Positions 31,560 to 46,849 of a DNA stretch of 64,000 nt are shown here, piece by piece (positions within the stretch are counted from its first letter, which is position 1; each line of letters begins with the position of its first letter). The stretch is from the human T2T-CHM13v2.0 reference genome, Homo sapiens: the NCBI RefSeq assembly GCF_009914755.1, contig NC_060941.1; one strand, given 5' to 3'. Under the pieces are notes generated by a model. The model was not told the DNA's origin. It made no database searches and saw nothing but the letters and a program-made list of their open reading frames with translations. A program made the translations under genes and the position numbers.

Positions 31560-32190
31560 AGAAGGAATTTTATGGCAACTAGAGCTTTTAAAAATTACTA
31601 AGTTTCTCTTATTCCTTAAGAGAAACAGTAAGACAGAATGATGAAAAAGAAGATCAAACCAGGGGTTCCAAGATCCAACAAATAAGAATTCCAAAAGAAG
31701 AACAGAAAAAAATTGAGGAAAGGAAATTGTGAAATAAATAAGAAAGTGAACATGAGTTTCCATATTGAAATAGATGATCAGGGGCCCAGTTCAATGACTG
31801 AAAAGAGACCCATACCAAGACCCTGTGTCATGAAACTTCAGCTCATTAGACATAAAATAACCTTCAAAGGAGGGAAGTAGGAGGTGAGGAAAGGAGAGAC
31901 AGGGAAAGAGAGAGAGAGAGAGAAATTTCATATACAAAAGAGAAGGAATCTGAAGAGTATGGAACAACTCAATAGCAACACACAAGATGAGAAGGTAATG
32001 GAGCAATAATATCAGATTTCTAAGATAAACTGATTTTCCACCTAAACGTCTGTAGCAAACAAACTATCAATCAAGTGTGACAAAAACATTTTAGAATATG
32101 CAAGTTCTCAAAAAATTTTCCTCCACAGAAAACTATGGAAGGATATGCTCCATCAGAATGAGGGAGTAAATCAAGAAAAAGGAAGATTTG
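31560..32190 (+). mobile_element. Old L1 ORF1-region fragment
   Basis: A-rich with L1 ORF1-like motifs (caaactatcaatcaagtgtga; ggatatgctccatcagaatgagggagtaaatcaagaaa). Confidence 0.55.
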
Positions 32191-32612
32191 GGAGAGCCTG
32201 GCAGCAGAGTATTTCATTCAGGGATTGCCTAGGGTGGCATAAAACAGATCCATGAGCAAAGAGACATTTATTGTGCTCAAATACAAAAGTCCGGTGGGAG
32301 CAGTCACAACGCAACAGTTTCGTGATATCCCAATGTGCCCAGTGCTGACTGTCTGTCTTGTATTACCAAAGCTGGTGTACAGACTCCATCCTCATGCTTG
32401 CCTCATGGTGCTATGGTGGCTGTCCCATCTCTAGCTTTTCATCTGTATTCCAGGCAGGAAGAAGAATGCAGCAAATGAGAAAAGAACAGCCTCTACCTCA
32501 GAAAAACAAAACTTTCTTAGAAAAATTATCAGCAGGCTACTGCTTTTGTCTCCTTGGCCAGAATTGTGTCGCCCTGTAGCTACAATGGGCTGGGAAATAC
32601 AGTTTTTAGGTT

Positions 32613-33670
<1,058 letters not shown>

Positions 33671-36032
33671 CCGGGTCATTTTATTTAGTATGAAGGGAAG
33701 TGTGAATTTAGGCAGGCACACATGCTAAGGATTATGGAGTGGAAAGATGGGAGGAGGCAGGGGTCCCCAGTGGTACCACAGAGTCACTTCTCCAAACCCA
33801 GACTGAACCTCTGCTGTACTTCAAGTTACACGAGAGACATCTACCCTTATGTGGTTAAGCTGCTTTAGCAAGGCTAGAGTTCCATGAAGCCCAGTGTAAG
33901 CCCAAGGAAACTTTCACGTTTTCAGGTAAGAATTCAATAGATAATGTTTAAAACCAAAACAAGGAGAAATGCCAGGATGAGCATGGTATTGGGAAGTAGG
34001 AGGTAAATATCAAAAGAAACATCTAAGTCAGAATTTAAAGAGGTGCCCCCAGGGAGCAGATTCAGAGTTGGGGAAGTAGAGGGCAGAGCATGGCTGACTT
34101 CCTTCAAAAATGGTTTTCATGCCATTTGACTTACTAAACTTCATTTATCTGTTATTATGCCTAATGAAAATCAATTTTTAATTTAAAAGTGATGATAATA
34201 GTTTGGAGCACCTATAGCAATAAACTAGGACGTGCAAGAAAATGATCTACCCATGCAATTCCCCCAACCGGGCTGCATCAGGCTGGAAGGGTCATGAAAT
34301 GGTTCCCACAGGGGCCACAGTGGAGCACAACCAGGAGGTGAGACACAGCCTTGGCACAACAGTGGTCCACATTTACCTTCCCCAGCGAGGGTCCTCAGCA
34401 TCCTGCTAGCCCTCCTGAGCTACAAAGGACAGGAAGTTGGGGCAGATTTGTTTTCTTTCCCTAACAAGATCTTATTTTAGGAGCAGAGCTCAGAAGAGCA
34501 AACAGAGAAAAGAAAAGTCAGGGGCTGGTTTCAGGGAGAAGAGTGACCACGGGCCATTCCTTGGGCCATGTCTGCTTCTCTAAGCCTGGCCCTGGGGAAC
34601 AAAACTTAGATCTTGATCATCCAGCATAGCTCTGGCATGCTGAGCGTGTGATACACCTGTCTCTACCGTCAGGCAAACGAGTGGGTTCACAGGCAGAGGC
34701 CTGCCCTGCCAAACAATGCTCCCCTTTGTCCCCGCCCAGGGCTCAGGAGCCGCAAGGAAGCCAAATCCATCAGCACTTGTCAGGGCCCTTGATGCACACA
34801 ATGCAAGTTATGATCCACAGTCCCCGGCAAAGCCCCAGGCTTCCAGCAGGCAGCATTAACTGACACGCAATGTGTCAGTCAGCCTTCTAAAAGCCAGGGG
34901 TGGGGATCCGTGCCAGGGGGCCACTGAGCTCTCATTCCCAGAAGCCAACCAGAGCCAGTGAAGGGGCCGCAGAGACTCCGACACATCATTTTCATAAAAA
35001 CAGCCCAAGGAGAGCATTGCATTAGGAAAAATCATTTCCCGTATTGGCAGCGGGCTCTTCTGATGGCTTTAGCAAATACCATACACACCGAAGCAGTGCA
35101 GTGCGCGCCCTTGGCTCATGTGCCCGACCGCATACGGGACAGACCAGGGATGAGGGAGACTGGAAGTATGAATTCCCAAATCAGACTCCCTACAAATGCA
35201 ACACCGCCTGCAAAGGGTCGCCCCTCCTTCGTAGCCAGCAAGGTGGCAGGCTTTACAGAAGCAAGGGGATTTTGTGACCAAAAAGAACCTGGAAGCGGCC
35301 TCCATGGATGCTGCCAAGGTTATTGTGTGCACTTCTTGATGCATCCTGAAAACCACTCTGGGCTGTCCTATTCTGTTCGGTCACCTCCTCCCTGCCTCCA
35401 CCCTCCCACCACGTGACTGCCAGTCACCAGGCCAGGAATATCACAAGCGTCTTCCTTGGGCAAACAACCGTTCCTCTGCAGACACCTAGACTGACCTTGG
35501 CACTCGACACAGAGGGAGGGGACGGAAGACGAGTGTGTGTTCAAAGTCTGCAGTCCCCTGGGGAGGGGTCACTGGCACCATCTGCCTTCGCTACCGGGGC
35601 AAGGCAAGTTCAGAGCTACAATTAGTGCTGATTCAGCCATGGTCCCTCGGTCTCATTCCCTAGGCTTCCCTACAAGCCTAATTATGGGCATGAAATGAGC
35701 TAGTGAATGAGTTTTCAGAAAAGCAAACGTTCCCTTAGAAATACAAAATATTTGAGCCAAATAATATCAAGTAAGATTTTGTTGTTTTTGGGCAAAGGTC
35801 ACTGTTTAACTTAAAGGAAAGCAATAAAATATATGCAATATATAAATTCTATAAATTATAGTTATAGAGTAAATTATAGTAAATTTATACAGTAAATTAT
35901 AGTTATATAGTAAATTATATAGTATCACTTCTTTTGGTGTGATAATGGTATTGGAGTCATGTAAAAAAGAATGCCATTCCTTCTCAAGATACATACTGAC
36001 CTGTTTATGAATAAAATGACAAGATGTCTGTT

Positions 36033-36346
<314 letters not shown>

Positions 36347-36926
36347 TGTTTGTTTTTAATAACAAGGAGGAGGAGGGAAGTGAATAGGGCAGGACTGGCC
36401 AAGGGTTGATGGTTGTTGGACTGTGTGATGGGGACATGAGGGTTCATGACACCATTCTGTTTGTTTGAGCATAGGTTTGAAATTCTCCATAATATAAGGT
36501 TGAACAAAAACACAGTTTAAAGATCAAGACAGCATAAAGAATAAATCAGTGAGTGTACAAACTTATGCATGCAAATGATCAGATCTGGCCTTGCTTTGAA
36601 ATTGTAGTGGCTAAAACAGATTTGGTTTTGCTTTTTGTAACCAGACAGTAAGAAGGTGAGGGAGCTCCTGTGGGTGTCAGACAATAAACCATTCACTGGT
36701 TTTTGGTTCTTGTTTTTGAGATGGGGTCTCACTCTGTTGCCCAGGCTGGCACTCACCGTTTTTGGTAGGATTCCAGAGCAAAACCTAGTGACATTTACTC
36801 TCAAAATATATCTGCTGTAGTATCAGACTTATGTCTAACAAAATTAGTGATCAGATGGGAGGCTGACTATCCTGAAACGGGATACAGTTTGATCAGGGCA
36901 GTAGGTATGTTTTAAAAGGACAGACT

Positions 36927-37237
36927 GGGCCTGGCGGCCGTGGTGTCTCTTGCCTGTAATCCCAGCACTTTGGGGGGCTGAGGTGGGTGTATTACCTGAG
37001 GTCAGGAGTTTGAGACCAGCCTGGCCAACACGGCAAAACCCTGTCTCTACTAAAAACACAAAAATTAGCCAGGTGTGGTGGTGCACACCTGTAGTCTCAC
37101 CTACTTGGGAGGCTGAGGCAGGAGAATCGCTTGAACCCAGGAGGCTGAGGTTGTGATGAGCCAAAAATCACACCATTGCACTCCAGCCTGGGTGACAAAG
37201 CAAGACTCTGCCTCAAAAAAATAAAAAATAGAAATAA
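36927..37237 (+). mobile_element. Alu (AluS-like)
   Basis: Alu consensus. Confidence 0.92.
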
Positions 37238-38774
37238 AAGGACAAACTGGTCAGGTATAATGGCTGGCAACAATCTCTTTTAATCACCTGGTACCCTAAG
37301 GTAAAGCATCCCCAAAAACCTCAAGGATATTTTTATTACTTTTGTATGTTATTTGAGAGAGCCGTAATTCCATTTTTAGCTGGTGCATTGTTCAAGCTAA
37401 TGTTATCTACTTAATCTTTTCCTCTGGCTAGTTTGGTTCTTAGCAGGTTGTGTTGGTTGAGATTAAGATTAGAGATGTAATATCAAAACCACCAGTTCAG
37501 AACCTGAATTGTAACAGACACATCCATCTGCAGAGATGCTCTTTCCTTCTGATTGGCAAGATTGTAACCTACTTCTCAATTGATTTCAGCATCGAACACC
37601 CGGGGCTGGCTCAATTCCTTTCTACACCTGCCAAGAAAATCTAAGTGGATAATGATGCTGACCAATCAATGGGCCGTGGGCAACACAGGAAATCAGTGGG
37701 CCCGCAAAAAGCTGGGCACCACGTGTTACGGGTAATATTCTCAGGGCCCAAAATGGGTGGCACCAGCCTCCCTGACCAGTCAAAGGAGGCAGGAAATGGA
37801 AGCTGAGCTCACGGTGGGAGGAAGCTGGGTGTGGGTGGTGGTGGCAGCCCTGGGAAGAGAAGGGTGTGTTTCTGAGGGCGCCTTGTGCCCTACCTGTTTG
37901 CTGCAGCTTTCCAAACCACAAAGCCCTGCCTGCAGCTCCCTGCCAAGGCTGATCATAATCTGCCATGCTATCGGCATTGTCATCTCTTATACAGATGCAC
38001 ATTGAGTGCCTCTAATTCTGAGGATGATCCCCTGAGGAATCTTGCCTTTTCCCAGCGCCATGCTGCTTGTCCATCCAGGCACGTGGCAGCAACACCACCA
38101 CAGGGATGCCCAGGATGCCAAGCTGCATGCCCGCTACCTCCCCTCCCTCCTGCTTCCTCAGCCCACCTCTTCTACCCCAACCCTGAGCCTCAGAAGGAGG
38201 CCGAACCATCTGCCCGTTTTCATTCTTGTCTTTTGCAGTTGGGAAATGAATCTTCAGTGACAGAGCCCACAGAGGAAAACACCCAAACCTGACCCTCCCT
38301 TTAACCTTGCGAGCGCTATCACTCAGCCAGATACCACCACTGTTTCCCGAGGACTAAGAGAGATGGCTCTTTGCCTGGTGGAGCTGTGAGGAAGATGATG
38401 GGAAACGGGCATGCTGGCATCGGAGTTTTTCTGGATTGGAAAAAGAGGATTTTACTTTTCAGCACCTGCCAGCATGATAGGTTTGCCAAGAATTCTACAC
38501 TAAACAAACACACACGCCTACATCACCCCTCCTCCCAAGCAGGCATAACCCACTGGGGAAGGAAACAGCTCAGGAAGGCGGATGGCAGGGGTTCTTGAAC
38601 CTTGCTAGTTTCCAGGGCACGATCCATTTTAATCTCCGCCAGAGGACTTAAAAATCTATTCTGTCAATATCTCCCTTATTAGTAAAGTTTGGGTCCCAAA
38701 GCAAGAAAACTAAGGCTTAATTTTGACTTAGAAGATTGTTGTTGTTGTTTTATTATAAGTTTTGATTATGTAGT

Positions 38775-39000
38775 ATGTGTGTGTATATATGTTATTCACT
38801 ACATACATATTTATGTATTTTTAATATATTTTATATTTTAATATAACATATAATACATATTATATATTATATAATATGTAATTATATATTAAAATATATA
38901 ATTATACATATATTTTAATACATAAAGTATATTTTAATGTATATATAAATTATACACATGTATATTCAAATGTGTATATCAATATTTATGTATATATTTA
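38775..39000. repeat. AT-rich (TA)n-like low-complexity tract
   Basis: tatatattatataatatgtaattatatattaaaatatata... Confidence 0.9.
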
Positions 39001-39699
39001 GATTTGAAAGCCTTGGGGGACATGTAGGTCCATATCCTCTTGTAGATATCGTAGTGGGATCCTGGCTTTTGGTTATCGTCTCCCCCAAGTCTCCTATTCC
39101 CTTTCCGTCCCATTTTTTTCTTGCAAAGAACAAGCAATGACTGAGGCTTTCATAGCCATTGTCACAGAATAGGTCCTGTGGGGAGTTGATTTGTAAAAAG
39201 TTCCTGGACCAAAATAAAGGTGGTGACCAAAATGAAGTCATCTCTGCCACCTCCCAGTGGGTATCGATGTGGAAACGGTAACTTGAATCTGAAGCTTCTT
39301 TGTGCCCAGCCCCACTGTGCTGATGAGAGCAGACAGGGTGGGAGAGAAAGGGGCACACAGAGTGGACATGTGGATGCCGTTCCTCAAGCCCTTGAAGAAA
39401 CCAAGAGTTGGCCGCAGCCCTGACCCAGAGTTCTGGGAGATGGGTCCGTGGTAACCCCGCAAGGGAGAAGAGGGCAAGAAGGCCAGGATTCCCAGGGCTC
39501 ATCCAGAACAGCCCATCCGTCCAGATGGGTATCCTTGATTCCAGTACCTTCCCTGCTCACACATCTCTTTCATCCATTCACTGTACCACTCTGAAGTGTA
39601 GAATATGCAAAAGAGAGAATAAAATCATATCATCGCCACATGTAGTTTGCTGTGTCATGCTTATCCTGGTGGATGAAAAAGAGGCCCACGAACCTATGG

Positions 39700-40178
39700 A
39701 AGCCATTCTTGCCACCTGGGTTTATGAGCCAATAGACCATGGCAGAGGTGATGGGATGTCATGGCCATGCTTATGCTATATTACATAAGACCCTCACTTA
39801 CTAGCTGACTCAGTCGAGGGGCTCTCCTTGCTGGTTTGATCAGTAAGCAGCCATGCTGGGAAAAACCCATGTCCCTAGGAGCTGAAGGAAGCCTCTAGCT
39901 CACAGCCAGCAAGAAGCAGGGTCCCTAAACCCATACCTGCCAGAACTGAATACTGCCAGCAATGGGAGTGAGTTTGGGAGCAGATTCCTCCCCACTTGAG
40001 CCCCTGGAGGAGACTATAGTTAGGCCAACCCCTTGATTGCAGCTTGTGAGACCCTGAACAGACGCCCAGTTAAAACTGTGTCCAGATTTCTAACCGAGAG
40101 AAACTGAAATAATCACGTGTTGTTTTAATCTGCTAGATTCGTGGTAGTTTGTCACACACAAATAGAAAATGAATACAA
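39700..40178 (+). mobile_element. MLT1 (F/G-like) LTR
   Basis: acagccagcaagaagcagggtccc...gcagcttgtgagaccctgaacag...tgttgttttaatctgctag...aatagaaaatgaataca. Confidence 0.7.
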
Positions 40179-40317
40179 CGACCGTCTCCCACCAACTTAC
40201 CAAATATGATAAATGTTCACATGGAAGAAATGTACAGACTCATACATCATCTATTCAAGTGCAGTCCTTTGTTTTTTAACCGTGTTACAGGCTTGTTAGG
40301 AACTGAAAAAAATTACA

Positions 40318-40617
40318 TTTTTTTTTTTTGAGACAGTCTCACTGTGTTGCCCAGGCTGGGGTACTCTGGTGTAATCTTGGCTCACTGCAACCTCTGCCTC
40401 CCAGGTTCAAGTGATTCTCCTGCCTCTCACTCTAGCCTCCCAAGTAGCTGGGACTACAGGTGCGCAACACCACACCCGGCTGATTTTTTGTGTTTTTAGT
40501 AGAGATGGGGTTTCACCATGTTGGCCAGGCTGATCAGGAGCTTCTGACCTCATGAGATCCACCCACCTTGGCCTTCCAAAGTGCTGTGATTATAGGCGTG
40601 AGCCACCACTCCTGGCC
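40318..40617 (-). mobile_element. Alu (AluS-like)
   Basis: Reverse Alu consensus. Confidence 0.92.
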
Positions 40618-40999
40618 AAAAATTTACATTTCTATACTTTCACATAATAAGTTCAGTAAGCATTTTCATTGAAACAGCAGAAAGGGAGCTGGTTCTAATT
40701 GAAGACAAACTTTGAAAAGATTTAAATTTTACTAATCTTAAATCAGTTCATTGTTGTTTTCCATGGGACACACTCCAGGGCATGGTGGTGACCAATGCAG
40801 TCTGCAAACCCAAGTGCACATTGAACCCGACCCTAAAAGGCAAAGGTCAGAGAAAGGGTACACCTCTGACCTCCTTCCTGCACAACTACAAAGTGGAACC
40901 CAAGCTTTGGCTAAGGGCCTCCCCTCTTTGCGTGCTCCCCAGGCTTGCCCCACGTTTCCACTTTTCCCTGATGCATCCTGGGCTTCTTGGAGGTCATGG

Positions 41000-41782
<783 letters not shown>

Positions 41783-42099
41783 ATGGCTCTTGTAATCAGT
41801 GAAGGGAGAGGCTAACTTGGCCTTAAACCCCACGGCTGGGTCCTCACCACGTCCAAACAGGCTGGATCTGCTCGCTCCCTGCCAGGAGGAGGGAGGCCAA
41901 TGAGAAATGTATCATTGTGGCTCATAGTGCACCAGAGAATGGAGACTATATCAGAAAAGACCCCGCATGATTTCCAAGCTGATCTTTTAATCTGGGGGAG
42001 GATCACGGGCTGTGGGGATGCTGGGATACAGGTCCATAGGTTCACCCTCTACAAAGAATCACACATCTTTCCTTGGGCCACACAAAGCAGTTGCTCTTC

Positions 42100-42650
42100 T
42101 GTTACAGGAAAAGGGTCCTGATCCAGTCCCCAAGAGAGGGTTCTTGGATCTCCCGCAAGAATTCAAGGTGAGTCCAAAGTGCAAAGTGAAAGCAAGGTTA
42201 TTAAGAAAGTAAAGGAATAAAAGAATGGCTACTCTGTAGACAGAGCAGCCCCAAGGGCTGCTGGTTGCCTATTTTTATGGTTATTTCTTGAAGATATGCT
42301 AAACAAGGGGTGGATTATTCATGCCTCTCCTTTCTAGACCATATAGGGTAACTTCCTGACATTGCAGTGGCATTTGTAAACTGTCATGGTGCTGGTGGGA
42401 GTGTAGCAGTGAGGATGACCAGAGGTCACTCTCGTGACCATTTTAGTTTTGGTGGGTTTTGGCCAGCTCCTTTACTGCAACCTGTTTTATCAGCAAGGTC
42501 TTTATGACCCATATTTTTGTGCTGACCTCCTATCTCATCCTGTGACTTAGAATGCCTTAACTGCCTGGATAGGCAGTCCAGTAAGTTTCAGCCTCATTTT
42601 ACCCAGCTCCTATTTAAGATGGAGTTGTTCTGGTTCACATGCCTCTGACA
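42100..42650 (-). mobile_element. Solo MER41 LTR (MER41A-like, ERV1)
   Basis: Minus strand starts TGTCAGAGGCATGTGAACCAGAACAACTCCATC and ends TAACA; 551 bp; TSD CTTC (42096-42099 / 42651-42654); lacks the MER41B GAS-bearing insert. Confidence 0.88.
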
Positions 42651-43299
42651 CTTCCAGCTCTTCCACCCACACACATCTTCCCTGTCTTGGGGCAGAGGGC
42701 AGTAGCCTCGTACCCTGAGGATTCTTGAAGGTCTGGGGTCCGAGCAGCTCCATCAGAAGCCCCATCGGGGACCTCTGAGGGGTCAGTGACAGTCCCTGGG
42801 GACAGACGGTGGCTCCCCAGGACGCTTTCCCTATTAAGCCACTGGCAGAGTCCAGACACTTTCACCGGGTTGAGAGCTAGAAGGTCAGAGAGCGGGAGAG
42901 AATCCAGAGGTAGGTTCAGGGTTACTGTTTTGCTCAGCCCTGGATGGCCAGGCCCAGCCTCCCGCATTCTACTGGAAGGAGGAGGAAGATGGGTTTAGTT
43001 CTTCCCAGGGCAGGAGAGAGAAGCACAATTGTGGGCTGGGTTCCTCCTGCCTCTGAACACAGCGCCATCCCTTCTCCCAGGTGCTGGGCTGGGGTGTGTG
43101 GAAGATGAAGGAAAAGTGAATTAACTAAATAGGGTTCCTGCAGTGTCTGGAAAGCCTCTAAACCCCCGAGCACCTCAGGCTTCCCTGCCCTGATTCAGAG
43201 GTGAGGTTACCTAAAAGCCAAGGAAGCCTGGGCTTCGGGGACCCTCACTCACAGGCCCCCTTCCAAAAAAGCCCTGCACCTAAGCTTGTACTGGGACTT

Positions 43300-44250
43300 C
43301 TGTATTATTTTTCCCAAAGGGCGCTCCCCACGTTGTATACACTTCCGGCCCCCAAATCTGGATCCACCCTGGGAAGGGACAAACTGGGGGCAGCCTACCC
43401 ACATTCGGCCAGCGGGGGGTCCGACCGGCCTTGGTATCTCCAAGCGAGGTAACAGTGGTCGCCCCTTGCGTCCCTCCCCCTCCGGGGCGCATCGCCCCTT
43501 GCGTGCAAAGCCCCGGCACCGCCACGAGTCTCGCCCCGCCCTGCACAGGTAAACAGCCGCCGGCCGCCGGCCGGCCGCCCTGCAGGGCAGCCCGGGGACC
43601 TGCCCCCGGCGCCACGCCCGGCGCCCCGGGGAGGCCCAGCCCGCAGGCCCCGCCGACTGGGCGCCGCGCCCTGGGAACGTGCACCGGGGCAGGCAGCCCG
43701 GCCTCACCTGGCCCCAGCGCGGAGCCGGATCACACCTGCCTGCTGGGTGAGCCGAGGGCATTCGCGGAAGGGAAGAGACAAGACCTGGGAAGGGACGCCT
43801 GTGGCTTAGAAAGACCCTCAGGCAGGGCCGGGCGTGGGGCGCGCTGATAAAAATTCCTGGAGCTGTATTATTCACATCGCAGATTTGTCCCTTTGCCTCA
43901 ATCTAAAAGGAATGGGAAAGAACAGCCGCTGGGCTCTCATTTGCTTCCAGCTTACACAGATTCAACTATCAATTATCCCAGAGGAGAGGCGTGCAGTGCA
44001 GGGCGTTGGGCCACGAAACTGAAAGCTGCTGGCGAGGCGCGTGGGGGAGGTCGATTTCTGCGTCCTGCTGCCTCCACGCACAGTGAGAACCCACCCCGCC
44101 ACTGCGTTCCTGTCCTCACAGGTAAAGTCAGGATAATAATATCTACCTCACGGGGGATTCGAGGAAGTGGTGGGAGCGTAAAGCCCCGTCTGGTAGAGTG
44201 AATACCTGAGCAATGGCCTTCCGGTCCCGTCTTCAGCACAGCAGGACGAA
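43300..44250. promoter_or_regulatory. CpG island / promoter (core 43400-43850)
   Basis: Very GC- and CpG-dense, non-repeat sequence with GC-box-like motifs (ccccgccc ~43534 and ~43628; gggcgtggggcg ~43830). Confidence 0.85.
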
Positions 44251-44425
44251 AATGTCTTCTGTTGGGATCCCAGAGAAGATCCAGACGCTGACACCTGCCC
44301 CTACCTCTCTACTTCTCATCATACCGGTCACCTGGAAGAAGGGTCCATTCAAAGCAAAGCCTGTAGCCAATGAGTTGTTTCTGCCATCAAACAGTCAAGC
44401 ATATGAGGCCCAATAGGCAGTCCTG

Positions 44426-44700
44426 TTTTTTTTGTGACAGAGTCTCACTCTGTCGCCAGGCTGGAGTACAGTGGCGTGATCTCGGCTCACTGCAACCTCC
44501 ACCTCCCGGGTTAAAGTGATTCTCCTGCCTCAGCCTCCCGAGTAGCTGGGATTACAGATGCACGCCACCACGCCGGCTAATTTTTGTATTTTTAGTAGAG
44601 ACGGGGTTTCACCATGTTGGCCAGGATGGTCTCGATCCACTGACATCGTGATCCGCCCGCCTCGGCCTCCCAACGTGCTGGGATTACAGATGCGCCGGCC
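44426..44700 (-). mobile_element. Alu (AluS-like) with TSD aggcagtcctgtt
   Basis: Reverse Alu; direct repeat at ~44415 and 44701. Confidence 0.92.
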
Positions 44701-44867
44701 AGGCAGTCCTGTTAAGCCATGCCACACAGCTTAAAAAAAGACACTGGCAAGCTCAAGTCCCGAAGTTACCAGCTGAAGGAAGAGACTTAAACCAAACCAA
44801 GGGCTTCCTATGACAGTTCTGAAATACCCTCTTCCCTCTTGAGTCCATACAACTGAGAAAATAGAAC

Positions 44868-45171
44868 GGCCAGTCACCGTGGCTCGCGCCTGTAATTCTG
44901 GCACTTTGGTAGGCAGAGGCAGGCAGATCACCTGAGGTCAGGAGTTTGAGACCAGCCTGGCCAACATGGTGAAAGCCCGTCTCTCCAAAAATACAAAAAT
45001 TAGCCGGGCATGGTGGCGCATGCCTGTAGTCCCAGCTACTCGGGAGGCTGAGGCATGAGAATTGCTTGACCCGGGAGGCGGAGGTTGCAGTGAGCTGAGA
45101 TCGTGCCACTGCACTCCAGCCTGGGTGACAGAGCGAGCCTCTGTCTCAAAAAGAAAAAACAACAACAAAAA
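44868..45171 (+). mobile_element. Alu (AluS-like)
   Basis: Alu consensus. Confidence 0.93.
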
Positions 45172-45993
45172 GGGAAAACCAAAGGTAAAATTTGATCCAC
45201 AGGACTGGCCACATTTCTACACTGGTAAAATCATGGCCTTGCTGAAGCATTGATCAGGAAGGGATAAGACCCAGAGAATCCAAATGGAGACAAATGAGAG
45301 GATTTGGAAAACCTGAAGTTCTCTGAATCACCCAGTCCTCAAAGAGCCTCCTTCGTCAGCGGAAACCCTCTTCTCCAGTCTTCTGACACACTTCGTAACG
45401 ACACTGCCATTTCTTTGCATCCTTTGCAGTCTCACTGCAAGAGCAAGCCAGTTCTCATGCATTACCCTCGACTGTCTCCAGAATGGACAGTTAGATCCCA
45501 GCACTTCAGAAAGAAGGACAATGGCAAGCTCAAACCAGCGAGGATCAAGATTAGAAACCAACATGATTTTGGGATTTTCCTAACTAAGGGTGCTTAATAA
45601 ATGGGTGGAAAGGTATCATTTTACACTGGTCTGATGTTGTTGATATACATTGCAGAGATTCTGGATTGACTGTGCTAGCAGGAGAAGCTGGGAGTGACTT
45701 CTGAGCTGGACTGACCACTGGACGCCAAGTGATTATCCCTAATGTATTACATGTCATTTGCAACCCAAGCTGTCCGTCATGTACTGGGCCATCTGACACA
45801 CTCATAAAATCCCATTACCAACTGGAAATGGTTTATGTGGGACTAGCTCCTAACCAGGTACTGAAGGCACAAGTGCATTATATGCATAGGTAGATCATTC
45901 CCTGTGTGCCTACCCCTGACCCTTTCATCAATCTAACACCGGCCTCAAAGGGGTTTCCCAAGAGCTAGTGACTAAGAGAGGAAAAACCACTGA

Positions 45994-46331
<338 letters not shown>

Positions 46332-46849
46332 CTACCTTCTAAATAGGTGACTGTGATGTTATAGTTCAGTGAGGATAGCAGGTGAGAGGGAGAACCTCCT
46401 GGGGAGGAGAATTTGAAGCACATAACTCTGTGTCCACTTTGCTTGGAAGCAAAGAAAATTTGATGCAAGAAGCTACACCAACTTCTGAGCAGTGTAGATG
46501 GGGGGTTCTGTTCAACAGGTCACAAACTTGAAAGAAGAATGACTGGAGGTTTAATGACAGAGGAGAGGTGTGGGAAGACATACATGGCTTCACTTCTCAG
46601 AATGGGCCAAATTTGAAAATGTTTGTTTCTTGAGTAAAACATCATCCAAAATACCCACTATAGCAAAAGCTAATAATAATTAATTGAACCAGGCCATCTG
46701 CTTATGTGTAATGATTTCTTTCTCCAGGCACATCATTGCTTCAACTGATTCATGAGCAGAAGAGTCTTTGCTGGCAACACATGAACTGTGATGGATTCAA
46801 TCACTTAGGCTTTCCATTATCAATGCAGACCTGGCCCCTGGGTGCACAG

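Noticed and set aside
35102-35108. TGCGCGC metal-response-element match (another at ~58250)
   Set aside because: Isolated 7-mers are expected by chance and lie far from the SLC39A11 promoter, which is outside the window.
43249-43875. Long ORFs (208, 134 and 138 aa) over the CpG island
   Set aside because: Overlapping Pro/Ala/Gly/Arg-rich frames on both strands are expected from high GC content. There is no recognisable domain, and the 134-aa ORF starts at GTG. A micropeptide cannot be excluded without Ribo-seq.
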